In this document: in pieces, positions 55,488 to 64,000 of the stretch | Layout: every line of letters starts with the position of its first letter | Position numbering within the stretch: the first letter of the stretch is position 1 | NCBI GenBank assembly: GCA_045593165.1 | Contig: JAZNWF010000046.1 | Span: 23,404 to 87,403 of the forward strand | Reading direction: 5' to 3' | From: Eubacteriales bacterium | GTDB taxonomy: Bacteria > Bacillota > Clostridia > Oscillospirales > CAG-382 | DNA: 64,000 nt | Notes under the pieces: model-generated | Told to the model about the DNA's origin: nothing | The model's database searches: none | What the model saw: only the letters and a program-made list of their open reading frames with translations | Translations under genes and position numbers: made by a program

Positions 55488-57234
55488 GATAGCCGCATCA
55501 AAAAGGCTCGTAAGCGAGAGTCTCTTTTTGTCGTGCACGCGTTTTGCTTCCTCGCGCATCGTTCGTTTTTTCAAAACGGGCTTTGTATCACCGTTGATAG
55601 CTTCGGTTAAAAAGGTCGATAGCTTCGCTCGTGATAAAATCACCGGACCGTTGCTTAAAATGCTCGGTATCCGTAAAAAGTTTTATATGCCTGCGCGTAA
55701 TGCTGTGGCAGCGGCGATATCGCGCAGTCCAGTAATGAAAAAGCTGTCCGCATTTATGAAAGCGTGTCTTAATATGTCGATGCGCTCCGTCGGTGTGTTT
55801 CTTATAACGTTTGGCTTGTATACCGCAGGTATATTCCTGTTGAAGCGTTATATTTCCTCTACCTTGGGCGTTGCCGATACGAACGATCTTGCTTTCGGTG
55901 CGATATCCGCTCTTGTAGGTCTGTTGCTTGCAGGATTTGGCGATAAAAGCGTTATGCATACGCTCGGTACGGGTAGGATAACGGGCTCCTTGCTTTACGG
56001 CTGTTTAGGTATGAATCCCGCTACCGTTGAACGTTATTCGGTAGTCGGAAAGGAAACGCACGTCGGAATCGGGTTTATCATAGGCTCGTTGCTTGGTGCG
56101 GCAACCCTATTTTTTACGCCTGCATCGGTAATGCTTGCCTTTGCGGCGGTTGTTCTGGTGATTTCGGTATTAAATATACCCGAATTCGGTTTACTGCTGC
56201 TTATTGCTACGTTTACCTTTGTGCCGGTTGAATATTCTGCGTTGCTTTCTGCAGTAACGCTTGCGTCATTCCTTATTAAATGCGTTCGCTTGAAGCGGAA
56301 CTTTCGCTTTGGTACGGCGGATGCGGTCGTGATGGTGACGTTTGTATTTATGCTTATATCCTTCCTCGTTTCGGATTCGGCAATTACGGTCGGGGAACGG
56401 TACGTTCTTTGCTTCACCTTTGTTTATTTCTTGGCAAAGAACCTTTTATGTTCGGAAAAACTTGTCTTTCAGGCATTTAATGCACTTACCGTCGGTTTGT
56501 CCTTCGGTATGGCGCTATATATATTGGGTGAATTTGCGTGGCATATCCCGCATGAGCATTTTCGTAATGCGGCGGTGTGGATGACACGATTCACGCTCTC
56601 GCACGAAATGATGATAATGCTTGCTTCCGTTATCCTGCCCTTTGCGTTCTTTTCGTATTCGGGTCAGGGCACGAAGAAAAGCGACAACAAATTTGTGCTT
56701 CTCGCTATAACCTGCGCGGTCATAACCGATAGCTTTATTGCATACGCGATCGTTTTATCATCGCTGTTCGTGTATATTCTGTTCACGCGTAAAGCCCCTG
56801 TCGGTACGATAATTGCCGCAGGAGCAATACTAACACCGATGCTTGTGGTCATAAACGACTTTACCTCATCGTCAATTGTTTCTGCAGGCAAGCTCACCGC
56901 GATAGATTCGATCTTCGGTACGGTGACGAAGGCATACGGAAGCTTCTGGACGGGCATGTCGGATATCTGCGGTCCGTTGATCAACGTGCTTGTTGCGGTT
57001 GCTATAGTATTTATGCTTCAGCGCGTTTTGGGCGCATGCATTATTGATAATTCGGTAAGGACTACCCGTGTATGCGGTACGGTTGCCGCATCTGCGGTGA
57101 TGCTGCTTGCGTGCTTGCTTATGTTCAATCCGTTTTCGGATATCAGAACGCTTCTGTGTATATGGTTCATATTCGGGCTATGCGGATCTGCGTATAAGGT
57201 CTGTTCAAATTCAAAATACGTTCAGGAGGTGTGA
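55459..57234 (+). CDS. Large polytopic membrane protein of unknown function (possibly O-antigen-ligase/Wzy-like)
   Basis: 591 aa. Basic cytoplasmic N-terminus, then at least 10 hydrophobic helices. Overlaps the trmD 3' end by 29 nt; the start is uncertain. Confidence 0.55.
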   Translation: MNRARKKTYKIAASKRLVSESLFLSCTRFASSRIVRFFKTGFVSPLIASVKKVDSFARDKITGPLLKMLGIRKKFYMPARNAVAAAISRSPVMKKLSAFMKACLNMSMRSVGVFLITFGLYTAGIFLLKRYISSTLGVADTNDLAFGAISALVGLLLAGFGDKSVMHTLGTGRITGSLLYGCLGMNPATVERYSVVGKETHVGIGFIIGSLLGAATLFFTPASVMLAFAAVVLVISVLNIPEFGLLLLIATFTFVPVEYSALLSAVTLASFLIKCVRLKRNFRFGTADAVVMVTFVFMLISFLVSDSAITVGERYVLCFTFVYFLAKNLLCSEKLVFQAFNALTVGLSFGMALYILGEFAWHIPHEHFRNAAVWMTRFTLSHEMMIMLASVILPFAFFSYSGQGTKKSDNKFVLLAITCAVITDSFIAYAIVLSSLFVYILFTRKAPVGTIIAAGAILTPMLVVINDFTSSSIVSAGKLTAIDSIFGTVTKAYGSFWTGMSDICGPLINVLVAVAIVFMLQRVLGACIIDNSVRTTRVCGTVAASAVMLLACLLMFNPFSDIRTLLCIWFIFGLCGSAYKVCSNSKYVQEV

Positions 57235-57236
57235 CC

Positions 57237-57683
57237 GTGCAAAAGCAAAAATTCAAGGTGAATATACTTGACGTTGCGATTTTTATTGTAATAATCTGCT
57301 GTGTGGCGGTTCTCATTTTCCGTGACACTATAAACGAATTCTTCGGTGAACCCGAAATTACGCATATAAGCGTAACCGTGTCGTTCGACGGCACGCTTCC
57401 TGCCGAGCAGGCGGAGGCAAGCGAGGGCACGAACGTTGTGTTCAAGCCGATAAGAAGTGACGAGCTTAAGCTTGATGCGCGTATCCGCCGTCCCGTTACG
57501 GTGAATAGCTCCGCAAACCCCGCTACGTCGCAGATGACTATCACCTGCAAGGGATATAAAAAGCTTGGCAGATTCTATACCGAAAGCGGTGAGCTTATTG
57601 CGCTCGGCTCCGAATGCTCGCTCAGCTTTTCGGGTTCCGAGGCGTATGGAAGAGTCACAAAGGTTGAACTTTCAAACACATAA
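57237..57683 (+). CDS. Single-pass membrane protein, DUF4330-like
   Basis: GTG 57237 lies 6-7 nt after AGGAGG; the alternative GTG 57231 overlaps the upstream stop. N-terminal anchor ILDVAIFIVIICCVAVLIF. The family call is from memory. Confidence 0.5.
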   Translation: MQKQKFKVNILDVAIFIVIICCVAVLIFRDTINEFFGEPEITHISVTVSFDGTLPAEQAEASEGTNVVFKPIRSDELKLDARIRRPVTVNSSANPATSQMTITCKGYKKLGRFYTESGELIALGSECSLSFSGSEAYGRVTKVELSNT

Positions 57684-57760
57684 TAATGTTAATGGATAAT
57701 ATCGACAAAAAAAGCGTTTGATGCAAACGGTATTTTGGCAAATCGTCCATTAAGTTTCTA

Positions 57761-57789
57761 TTGATTTGATTATTTCGGTTTGATATAAT
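57761..57789 (+). promoter_or_regulatory. Putative promoter of ptsH
   Basis: TTGATT, a 17-nt spacer, then TGaTATAAT. Confidence 0.6.
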
Positions 57790-57811
57790 AGGATTGTATG
57801 GGGGTACATAT

Positions 57812-58075
57812 ATGACTACTAAGAATATTGAAATCCAAAACGAAGTGGGTCTCCACGCAAGACCTGCAACATATTTCATACAAAAGGCAAACTCCTTCCG
57901 TAGCTCGATCTGGGTCGAAAACAGCGATCGCAGAGCAAACGCAAAGAGCTTATTGGGCGTACTTTCGCTCGGTATTTCGAAGGGTGACATTATAACCATA
58001 CTTGCTGACGGGGCAGATGAAGAAGCGGCTGTTGACGGTCTTGTTGCGCTTATTCTCGGCGGCTTTAACGAATAA
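57812..58075 (+). CDS. ptsH: Phosphocarrier protein HPr
   Basis: 87 aa with His15 in GLHARPA and Ser46 in AKSLLGV. Confidence 0.95.
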   Translation: MTTKNIEIQNEVGLHARPATYFIQKANSFRSSIWVENSDRRANAKSLLGVLSLGISKGDIITILADGADEEAAVDGLVALILGGFNE

Positions 58076-58089
58076 TATTTTGAATCTAT

Positions 58090-58120
58090 CGCCTTGACCT
58101 TTTGGTTCAGGGCGTTTTTT
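58090..58120 (+). terminator. Intrinsic terminator after ptsH
   Basis: cgccttgacc-tttt-ggttcagggcg followed by tttttt. Confidence 0.7.
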
Positions 58121-58133
58121 GTAGGTGTATATA

Positions 58134-59996
58134 ATGACTCGCGAGGAGCTTTTTGAAAAAGCACGCCTGCTTCCTGCAACCCCCGGCGTGTATATAATGC
58201 GCAATAAATCCGGCAGAATTATCTATGTCGGAAAATCAAAGGCGCTCAAAAACCGTGTTTCGAGCTATTTTTCGCCCTATTCGGAGCACCGCGGAAAGAC
58301 CGAACGCATGGTCGAATCGGTGCACGATTTCGAGGTATATTACACGTTAACCGAGCTCGAGGCACTCATTCAGGAAAACCAATTTATAAAGCAATTTCAG
58401 CCGCGTTATAATATTAAGCTAAAGGACGGCGGCGGTTACCCGTATATAAAGCTGACAAATTCCGCATATCCCGAATTTTCGATAGTATATAAGCGTACAT
58501 CGGGCAACGATAAATATTTCGGACCCTATTCCTCGCATCACGTTGCAAGAGATATTTTGGAAACTGTTCGCAAGGCGTTCGGGCTACCATCCTGCGGAAA
58601 GGAATTCCCGAAGGATATCGGAAAGGGAAGAGCATGCTTGAATTATCATATCGGCAGATGCTGTGCCCCATGTATTAAGGGAAACGTGTCGAGCGATGAA
58701 TATAAAGAGCTTTATGGCCGTGCGGCTTCGCTTTTAAAGGGCGACGGAAAAAAGCTTATATCACAGCTTGAGGAGGGAATGAAAATTGCCTCCGAGGGCT
58801 TGAATTTCGAGCTTGCGGCAAAGCTTCGCGACTGTATTTACGCGGTTAAAAAGTTAAGTGATAAACAGCAGATAGTCTGTTCACCCAATGTAGAGGCGGA
58901 TATAATCGGAATTTACGCCGATGACCTCGGCAGCGCGCTTTCTTTGCTGTTTGTACGCGGCGGTGCGATAGTCGACCGTGAAAACTTCTTCTTCGGCGCG
59001 GATGAAATAATCAGTAGCTCGGCTCTCGTTTCGTTTTTTCAACGCTATTACGAGCTTCGCGGATATATTCCAAAGAAGATTTATATCGATTACGAGCTCG
59101 AATCCGCCGATAAAGAGCTGTTTACCGAATGGCTTTGCTCCAAAGCGGGCTTTAACGTCAGTGTTATCAAAGCCGAGCGCGGTGATATGCGTGCTCTTTC
59201 GGTTAGAGCAAGCGAAAACGCAAAGCAATTGATACTTCATAAAAGAAAAAGCGACGATAAGCAAAAGGATTTTCTGCTTTCAATCGCCAATCTGTTGGGA
59301 CTTGAGGTGTTACCCGACAGAATAGAATCTTACGATATTTCGCATTCCTCGGGCGAATATACTAGCTGCGGAATGATAGTGCTTGAGCACGGCAGATTTG
59401 CCAAACGGAAATACCGCGGATTCAATATAAACACCGTGCAGGACGGCAACGACCTTGCCGCGCTTGAGGAATGCATACGACGCAGGTTCGCGCACGATAC
59501 CGATGAGCAGGGATGGGAATATCCGGATCTGATGTTTATCGACGGCGGCGCAAATCAGGTCAACCGTGTTCGCTCGGTGCTCGACGAATACGGGCTTTCG
59601 ATACCGATATTCGGTATGGTCAAGGATGAGCATCACAAAACCCGCACGCTTACAGACGGCGAAAACGAAATATCGCTTATAACCCGTCAGGACGCGTTCG
59701 TGTTTATTTACAAAATACAGGAAGAGGTACACCGCTATTCGCTTTCGCTTATGGACGCGAAGCGCCGTAACGCCGTAAAGAAAAGCAGTCTTACCGAAAT
59801 AAAGGGCGTAGGAGCTACAAAGGCAAACGACCTTATGCTGCATTTCGGTACGCTTAACGCCTTGAAGTCGGCAACAAGGGACGAGCTTTTAGAGGTAAAG
59901 GGTATAAACGAGGCGGTAGCGGATAATATAATCGAATACTTCGGAAGGGAACAGGATGAGAATAATAACCGGAACGGCAAGGGGAACAAAGCTTAA
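58134..59996 (+). CDS. uvrC: Excinuclease ABC subunit C
   Basis: GIY-YIG (PGVYIMRNKSGRIIYVGKS), UVR domain, endonuclease V-like domain and a C-terminal HhH pair. Confidence 0.96.
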   Translation: MTREELFEKARLLPATPGVYIMRNKSGRIIYVGKSKALKNRVSSYFSPYSEHRGKTERMVESVHDFEVYYTLTELEALIQENQFIKQFQPRYNIKLKDGGGYPYIKLTNSAYPEFSIVYKRTSGNDKYFGPYSSHHVARDILETVRKAFGLPSCGKEFPKDIGKGRACLNYHIGRCCAPCIKGNVSSDEYKELYGRAASLLKGDGKKLISQLEEGMKIASEGLNFELAAKLRDCIYAVKKLSDKQQIVCSPNVEADIIGIYADDLGSALSLLFVRGGAIVDRENFFFGADEIISSSALVSFFQRYYELRGYIPKKIYIDYELESADKELFTEWLCSKAGFNVSVIKAERGDMRALSVRASENAKQLILHKRKSDDKQKDFLLSIANLLGLEVLPDRIESYDISHSSGEYTSCGMIVLEHGRFAKRKYRGFNINTVQDGNDLAALEECIRRRFAHDTDEQGWEYPDLMFIDGGANQVNRVRSVLDEYGLSIPIFGMVKDEHHKTRTLTDGENEISLITRQDAFVFIYKIQEEVHRYSLSLMDAKRRNAVKKSSLTEIKGVGATKANDLMLHFGTLNALKSATRDELLEVKGINEAVADNIIEYFGREQDENNNRNGKGNKA

Positions 59997-60516
59997 AACC
60001 CTTACGGGAACAGATACAAGACCTACAACCGAAATGTGCAAGGAAGCGGTTTTTTCGGCAATACAGTTCGAGCTTCACGACAGAAACGTGTTAGACCTTT
60101 TCGGCGGATGCGGTCAGATGGCGCTTGAGGCGCTTTCGAGAGGTGCCGAAAAGGCGGTTATAGTGGATTCGTCGCGTGCGGCTTGCGAGGTCATAAAGGA
60201 AAACGCGCTTAAGACAAAGCTTATGAAGCGTTGCCGCGTTGTAACAGCCGATTGGAAGGAATATATAAGAGGTGCATCGGGCAAGGAAAAGTTCGATCTT
60301 GTTATTCTCGATCCGCCTTATGCGGAAAATATACTTGATGACGTGCTTCACAGATTGCAGTATTCCGAGCTTTTGTCGGATAATGCGATAATCATAGCCG
60401 AATCCGACCAAAACGGAATCCCCAAGGAAATAGAGGGATTTAAAAGCAGGCTTTATCGCTACGGCAAGACCTACGTGACCATGTACCGTGTCTCGGAGGA
60501 GGGAAGCGAGGAATGA
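59956..60516 (+). CDS. rsmD: 16S rRNA (guanine966-N2)-methyltransferase RsmD
   Basis: MRIITGTARGTKL...TRPTT...LDLFGGCG...DPPY motifs. 41-nt overlap with uvrC. Confidence 0.92.
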   Translation: MRIITGTARGTKLKTLTGTDTRPTTEMCKEAVFSAIQFELHDRNVLDLFGGCGQMALEALSRGAEKAVIVDSSRAACEVIKENALKTKLMKRCRVVTADWKEYIRGASGKEKFDLVILDPPYAENILDDVLHRLQYSELLSDNAIIIAESDQNGIPKEIEGFKSRLYRYGKTYVTMYRVSEEGSEE

Positions 60517-60989
60517 AAACTGCCGTTATCTCGGGTACGTTCGATCCGATAACAGTCGGTCATTTGGATATTATAGAAAGAGCTTCAAAGCTTTTCGATA
60601 ACGTTGTGGTTGCGGTTTCCACGAATAATTCGAAAAAGGGATTTCTTCCCGACGATATTCGCGTTTCCGCGGTCGAAGCAAGTATAAAGGATATAAAGAA
60701 CGCAACGGTTATGCTATGCGAGGGTCTGCTTGCCGATTTTTGCAAGCAGTTCGAAAATCCCGTTATCGTGCGCGGAGCTCGCAACGGAAGCGATTACGAT
60801 TACGAGCGTAGTCTGTTTATTATCAATAAGGGCTTGGGTACTCCCGAAACGATAGTACTCCCTGCCGAAAGCGGAATGGACCATATCAGCTCCACTTATG
60901 CCCGCGAATTGATAAAGTACAATAAAAGCCTCGAGGGAGTAATTCCCGAAAGTGCAAGGAAGATTATAGAGGATCATCTGAACAAATGA
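60513..60989 (+). CDS. coaD: Pantetheine-phosphate adenylyltransferase
   Basis: SGTFDPITVGHLDII (T/HxGH) and ISSTYARE motifs. Confidence 0.95.
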   Translation: MKTAVISGTFDPITVGHLDIIERASKLFDNVVVAVSTNNSKKGFLPDDIRVSAVEASIKDIKNATVMLCEGLLADFCKQFENPVIVRGARNGSDYDYERSLFIINKGLGTPETIVLPAESGMDHISSTYARELIKYNKSLEGVIPESARKIIEDHLNK

Positions 60990-62281
60990 AAAATATCAGA
61001 ATCACTAAAACCGATTTAAAATTTGTACGCGAGCCATTGCTTGCTCCGTTCGGGTTCAAGGGTAAATATCTTACCGAGCTTTGGCAGTCGGTGGTATACG
61101 TTGCAAGCGATAATTTCGAAGCCACCTGCCCCGGCACCATTTCGGTGCTCTGGTCGGACGCAGAGGTGTTTGCCGAGCATTCACCCGAGGAATCGAGTGC
61201 GCTGATGAATCAGGTAACGGCACGTGCGTTACAGATGATAAACGGCGAAAGCTGTGCACGTCCCGATATGCTTATCCGTGCAATAGTTCCCGAGCTGAAG
61301 AAATATGCGGATAAAATATGCGGCAGAAACGTCGCCGAAACCTTCGTGCTCAATTCGCTCGTAGGGCTTGATTACGCGCTTTGGTCGGTTTACGCCAAGG
61401 AAAACGGAATAGACAGCTTCGATGGAATAATTCCCGATCACGCACGCGAGGCGTTGTCCTTCCGCCACGAAAAATTGGCACATATTCCGCTTGTAAGCTA
61501 TGCGGTCGATAAGGACGGATTAAAGTCGCTTCTCGATTCGGGTACCGGACTTTTAAAAATAAAAATAGGCAAGGCTTGCGGTGAAAATCTCACACGTGAT
61601 GAGGATATGCGCTCGATGCTCGAATGGGACAAGGCGCGTCTTACCGAAATCCACGAGGTTGCAAAGAATTATCACACCGACCTTTCCAAAAACGGCGGCA
61701 TAAGATATTATCTCGATGCAAACGGCAGATACGACGATATAATCCGCCTCGAAGCTCTGCTCGACCACGCCGATAAAATCGGAGCACTTGGCTCGATCGA
61801 ACTTATCGAAGAACCGTTTGCACCTGAAAACGAAGTGTTCGTCGGCAATCTGCCCGTAACGATAAATGCCGATGAATCCGCACATTCGCTTGCCGACGTT
61901 GAGCATAGATTGTCGCTCGGTTATAAGGCTGTTGCCTTGAAGCCTATTGCGAAGACTATGTCGATATCCTTTGATATGGCGTCCGCGATCTATAAGGCAG
62001 GCGGTCAGTGTCTTTGTGCAGACCTTACCGTTGTTCCGCTTCTTGCAGAATGGAACAAGCAGTTCGCATCGCGCATCGGTGCACTTTCGGGTATGAATTG
62101 CGGATGTATCGAAATCAACGGTAATCAGAATTATAAAAATTGGAGTCTTTTAGGCGAAATGCTTCCCGATGGCATTGAATACAAGAAGGAAGTTAACGGT
62201 CGCTTTACCTTGGAGGATTACTATTACTCCAACGGCGATAAGCTCTTCAATACAAACGGATATTTAAAATTATTTAAATAA
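60986..62281 (+). CDS. Enolase-superfamily protein, MLE-subgroup-like (racemase/epimerase/cycloisomerase candidate)
   Basis: 431 aa. The ordered barrel motifs are LKIKIG (KxK), LDANGRY (DxN), IEEP, NADES and ALKP. ATGA overlap with coaD. Confidence 0.65.
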   Translation: MKNIRITKTDLKFVREPLLAPFGFKGKYLTELWQSVVYVASDNFEATCPGTISVLWSDAEVFAEHSPEESSALMNQVTARALQMINGESCARPDMLIRAIVPELKKYADKICGRNVAETFVLNSLVGLDYALWSVYAKENGIDSFDGIIPDHAREALSFRHEKLAHIPLVSYAVDKDGLKSLLDSGTGLLKIKIGKACGENLTRDEDMRSMLEWDKARLTEIHEVAKNYHTDLSKNGGIRYYLDANGRYDDIIRLEALLDHADKIGALGSIELIEEPFAPENEVFVGNLPVTINADESAHSLADVEHRLSLGYKAVALKPIAKTMSISFDMASAIYKAGGQCLCADLTVVPLLAEWNKQFASRIGALSGMNCGCIEINGNQNYKNWSLLGEMLPDGIEYKKEVNGRFTLEDYYYSNGDKLFNTNGYLKLFK

Positions 62282-62297
62282 AGAAAGGCTCACACTT

Positions 62298-63284
62298 ATG
62301 AAAATTGCGCTTATTCTCGACCCCGGCACCAGAAATATGGTGTTCAACGAAAAATGCCTCAAAAGACTCGAAAAGAGCGGCGAGGTAGTTATTAACGAAG
62401 GCGGTACCGATTTTGAATCCATCGCACCCGTAATCAAGGATGCAGATGCAATCGTTACGTCTTGGGGCAACACTCCCATTGATGAAAAATGCTTGGAGCT
62501 CTGTCCTAACCTTAAGATCCTTCTCCATGCAGCAGGCAGTGTAAAGCCCGTTGTTTCCGACGAGCTTTGGAAGAAGGGTGTACGTGTTACCGCAAGTGCA
62601 AACGTTCTCAGTATGGGCGTTTCCGAAACCGCACTCGGCTTTACCATTTCCGCTTCCAAGAACTTCTACAACCTCAATGAAAACATTCATAACGGCGGTT
62701 GGGCAGAGGGTAAGGAAAACATCCGCGAGCTTTATGATCTCACCATCGGCGTTATCGGCGGCGGCTGGGCAGGCAGACACTATATCGAGCTTATGCAGGC
62801 GTTCGACGTTGATATACTCCTTTACGACCCGTTCCTCACCGAAGAAAAGGCTGCGGCTCTCGGCGTTCGTAAGGCAGAGCTCGAGGAGGTTCTCAAGGAA
62901 AGCGATATCATCTCTATCCACGCTCCTCAGATTCCCGAAACCTACCATATGTTCAATGCAGATACCTTGAAGCTTATGAAGAAGGATGCCGTTCTCATCA
63001 ATACCGCTCGCGGTACTATCATCGATGAAAAGGCACTTTACGAGCATATGAAGGCGGGCAACCTCAAATATGCGTGCCTTGACGTAACCGATCCCGAACC
63101 CCCTGCAGTTGACAATCCTCTCCGTACCTTGAAGAACTGCATTATGACTCCTCACCTTGCAGGTCTTGCAAACAACGGCTTGAAGAAGATCGGTCAGCAC
63201 GTATGCGAAGAGCTTGAATCCTTCCTTGCAGACGGTACTCTTACCACCGAGGTTACGGAGGATATGCTCGCTCGTATGGCGTAA
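62298..63284 (+). CDS. D-isomer-specific 2-hydroxyacid dehydrogenase family protein
   Basis: 328 aa. NAD motif GVIGGGWAGR. Catalytic region INTARG...D...PH (TPHLAG). Confidence 0.85.
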   Translation: MKIALILDPGTRNMVFNEKCLKRLEKSGEVVINEGGTDFESIAPVIKDADAIVTSWGNTPIDEKCLELCPNLKILLHAAGSVKPVVSDELWKKGVRVTASANVLSMGVSETALGFTISASKNFYNLNENIHNGGWAEGKENIRELYDLTIGVIGGGWAGRHYIELMQAFDVDILLYDPFLTEEKAAALGVRKAELEEVLKESDIISIHAPQIPETYHMFNADTLKLMKKDAVLINTARGTIIDEKALYEHMKAGNLKYACLDVTDPEPPAVDNPLRTLKNCIMTPHLAGLANNGLKKIGQHVCEELESFLADGTLTTEVTEDMLARMA

Positions 63285-63310
63285 TACCCCAAAAATAAGG
63301 AGATACCGAT

Positions 63311-64000
63311 ATGAAAAGGATAATAGCTGTAATACTTGCGTCGCTTTTCTGTATCGCATCTGCATTCTCGGTTCTTGCCGCATATTATACTATTGCCGAA
63401 AACGGTGATGCCGTATATGAAACTGCTATCGGATATTGCTTTGATATCGATGACGTTAACGGAACGATAACCGGCGAGGACGCTACGATAATCACCACAA
63501 ACGAAGCGCTTGCAAACGTAGGCAGTAAATGGGCTATCTGGTTTACCGCAGAAGAGCTCGACGACAGCGGTATCTATAGGGTGCATACCGATGGCACCGC
63601 TATGGGTGGAACTATTCCCGCTATCACGCTTTTAGAGGGCGAAATTTTCGTTGCAATACACTCCGCAACCTCAAATCCCGATCAGGCAAGTCAATATCCC
63701 AATTGGGAGGATAAGGTTGCCGCGCTTGCAGTAAAGAGCGGCGATTGCCTCGCGTTCGACGGTATCGACCTTGATGCAGGCACCTGCGAAAACGGCAGAA
63801 TGCTTGTGGTTGAGTATGAAGACGTATTGGCAGGAAACATAGTCTTCCCCGATGCAGAGGAAGAATCGATTCCTCCCGTTGAAAGCGAAATCACGTCAGA
63901 GCCCGAGGAATCCGAAACGGTTAGCGACGTATCGGTTGAAGAGGAAAGCAATATCGCAACCGACAACGCACCCGAGCCCGATAAGGATAAATCCCAGGCA
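63311..64000 (+). CDS. Secreted protein of unknown function, 5' portion (continues beyond window end)
   Basis: AAGGAG RBS. My translation gives the signal peptide MKRIIAVILASLFCIASAFSVLA, a globular region of about 190 aa, then an acidic Glu/Ser/Pro-rich tract. The frame is open to position 64000. Confidence 0.7.
   Translation, partial: MKRIIAVILASLFCIASAFSVLAAYYTIAENGDAVYETAIGYCFDIDDVNGTITGEDATIITTNEALANVGSKWAIWFTAEELDDSGIYRVHTDGTAMGGTIPAITLLEGEIFVAIHSATSNPDQASQYPNWEDKVAALAVKSGDCLAFDGIDLDAGTCENGRMLVVEYEDVLAGNIVFPDAEEESIPPVESEITSEPEESETVSDVSVEEESNIATDNAPEPDKDKSQA

Noticed and set aside
1-64000. A window-wide search by eye for CRISPR arrays, IS elements or transposases, integrases, prophage genes, reverse transcriptases, rRNA/tRNA and known riboswitch-length leaders.
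   Set aside because: None found. There are no spaced direct-repeat arrays, no DDE or tyrosine/serine recombinase motifs and no tRNA-like cloverleaf candidates. Apart from the structured 250-bp 15885-16133 region reported under findings, intergenic regions are short (under about 160 bp) and are explained by promoters and terminators. A covariance-model scan would be needed to exclude small ncRNAs formally.

Overview
This is a 64-kb chromosomal segment that looks like a spore-forming, Clostridia-class Firmicute. That assignment is an inference from three things: mazG-hup-yabO-yabP-yabQ-divIC-S1 synteny, the hemZ and DUF1385-prmC pairings, and Gram-positive lipoboxes. I call 64 protein-coding genes, 2 of them cut by the window edges. 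By eye I found no rRNA, tRNA, CRISPR array, transposase, integrase or phage genes.

Positions 1-18.1 kb are mixed-orientation and look accessory. They carry a two-component system, a glycerol-1-phosphate dehydrogenase plus nucleotidyltransferase pair, an ABC exporter, an ECF sigma/anti-sigma/lipoprotein module, a PAP2 protein, alr, an SGNH hydrolase plus a discoidin/DUF4855-like surface protein, an orphan mazF toxin and an RNHCP zinc-ribbon/membrane pair.

From 18.2 kb to the end almost everything is on the + strand and is housekeeping. In order: prmC, dprA, topA, plsX, rnc, smc, ftsY, rdgB, cdaA-cdaR, recJ, rel, dtd, hemZ, the mazG-hup-yabOPQ-divIC block, hpf, a Clp ATPase, ylxM-ffh-rpsP-rimM-trmD, ptsH, uvrC, rsmD and coaD. 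Many junctions are 1-4 nt overlaps, suggesting translational coupling.

I do not see an unambiguous new multi-gene system, and there are no defence-island hallmarks. The best candidates for unexplored biology are:
- the translationally coupled G1P-dehydrogenase/nucleotidyltransferase operon (2528-4343);
- a mazF toxin with no adjacent antitoxin but its own putative promoter and palindrome (16134-16592), sitting downstream of an RNHCP/membrane-protein operon;
- a lipoprotein built from three diverged PrcB-like modules joined by near-identical DNA linkers (47250-48917);
- an enolase-superfamily (MLE-subgroup motifs) plus D-2-hydroxyacid dehydrogenase pair coupled to coaD (60986-63284);
- a ClpC-like ATPase lacking the middle domain (49797-52043).

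All function calls rest on motif recognition by eye. No database search was run.
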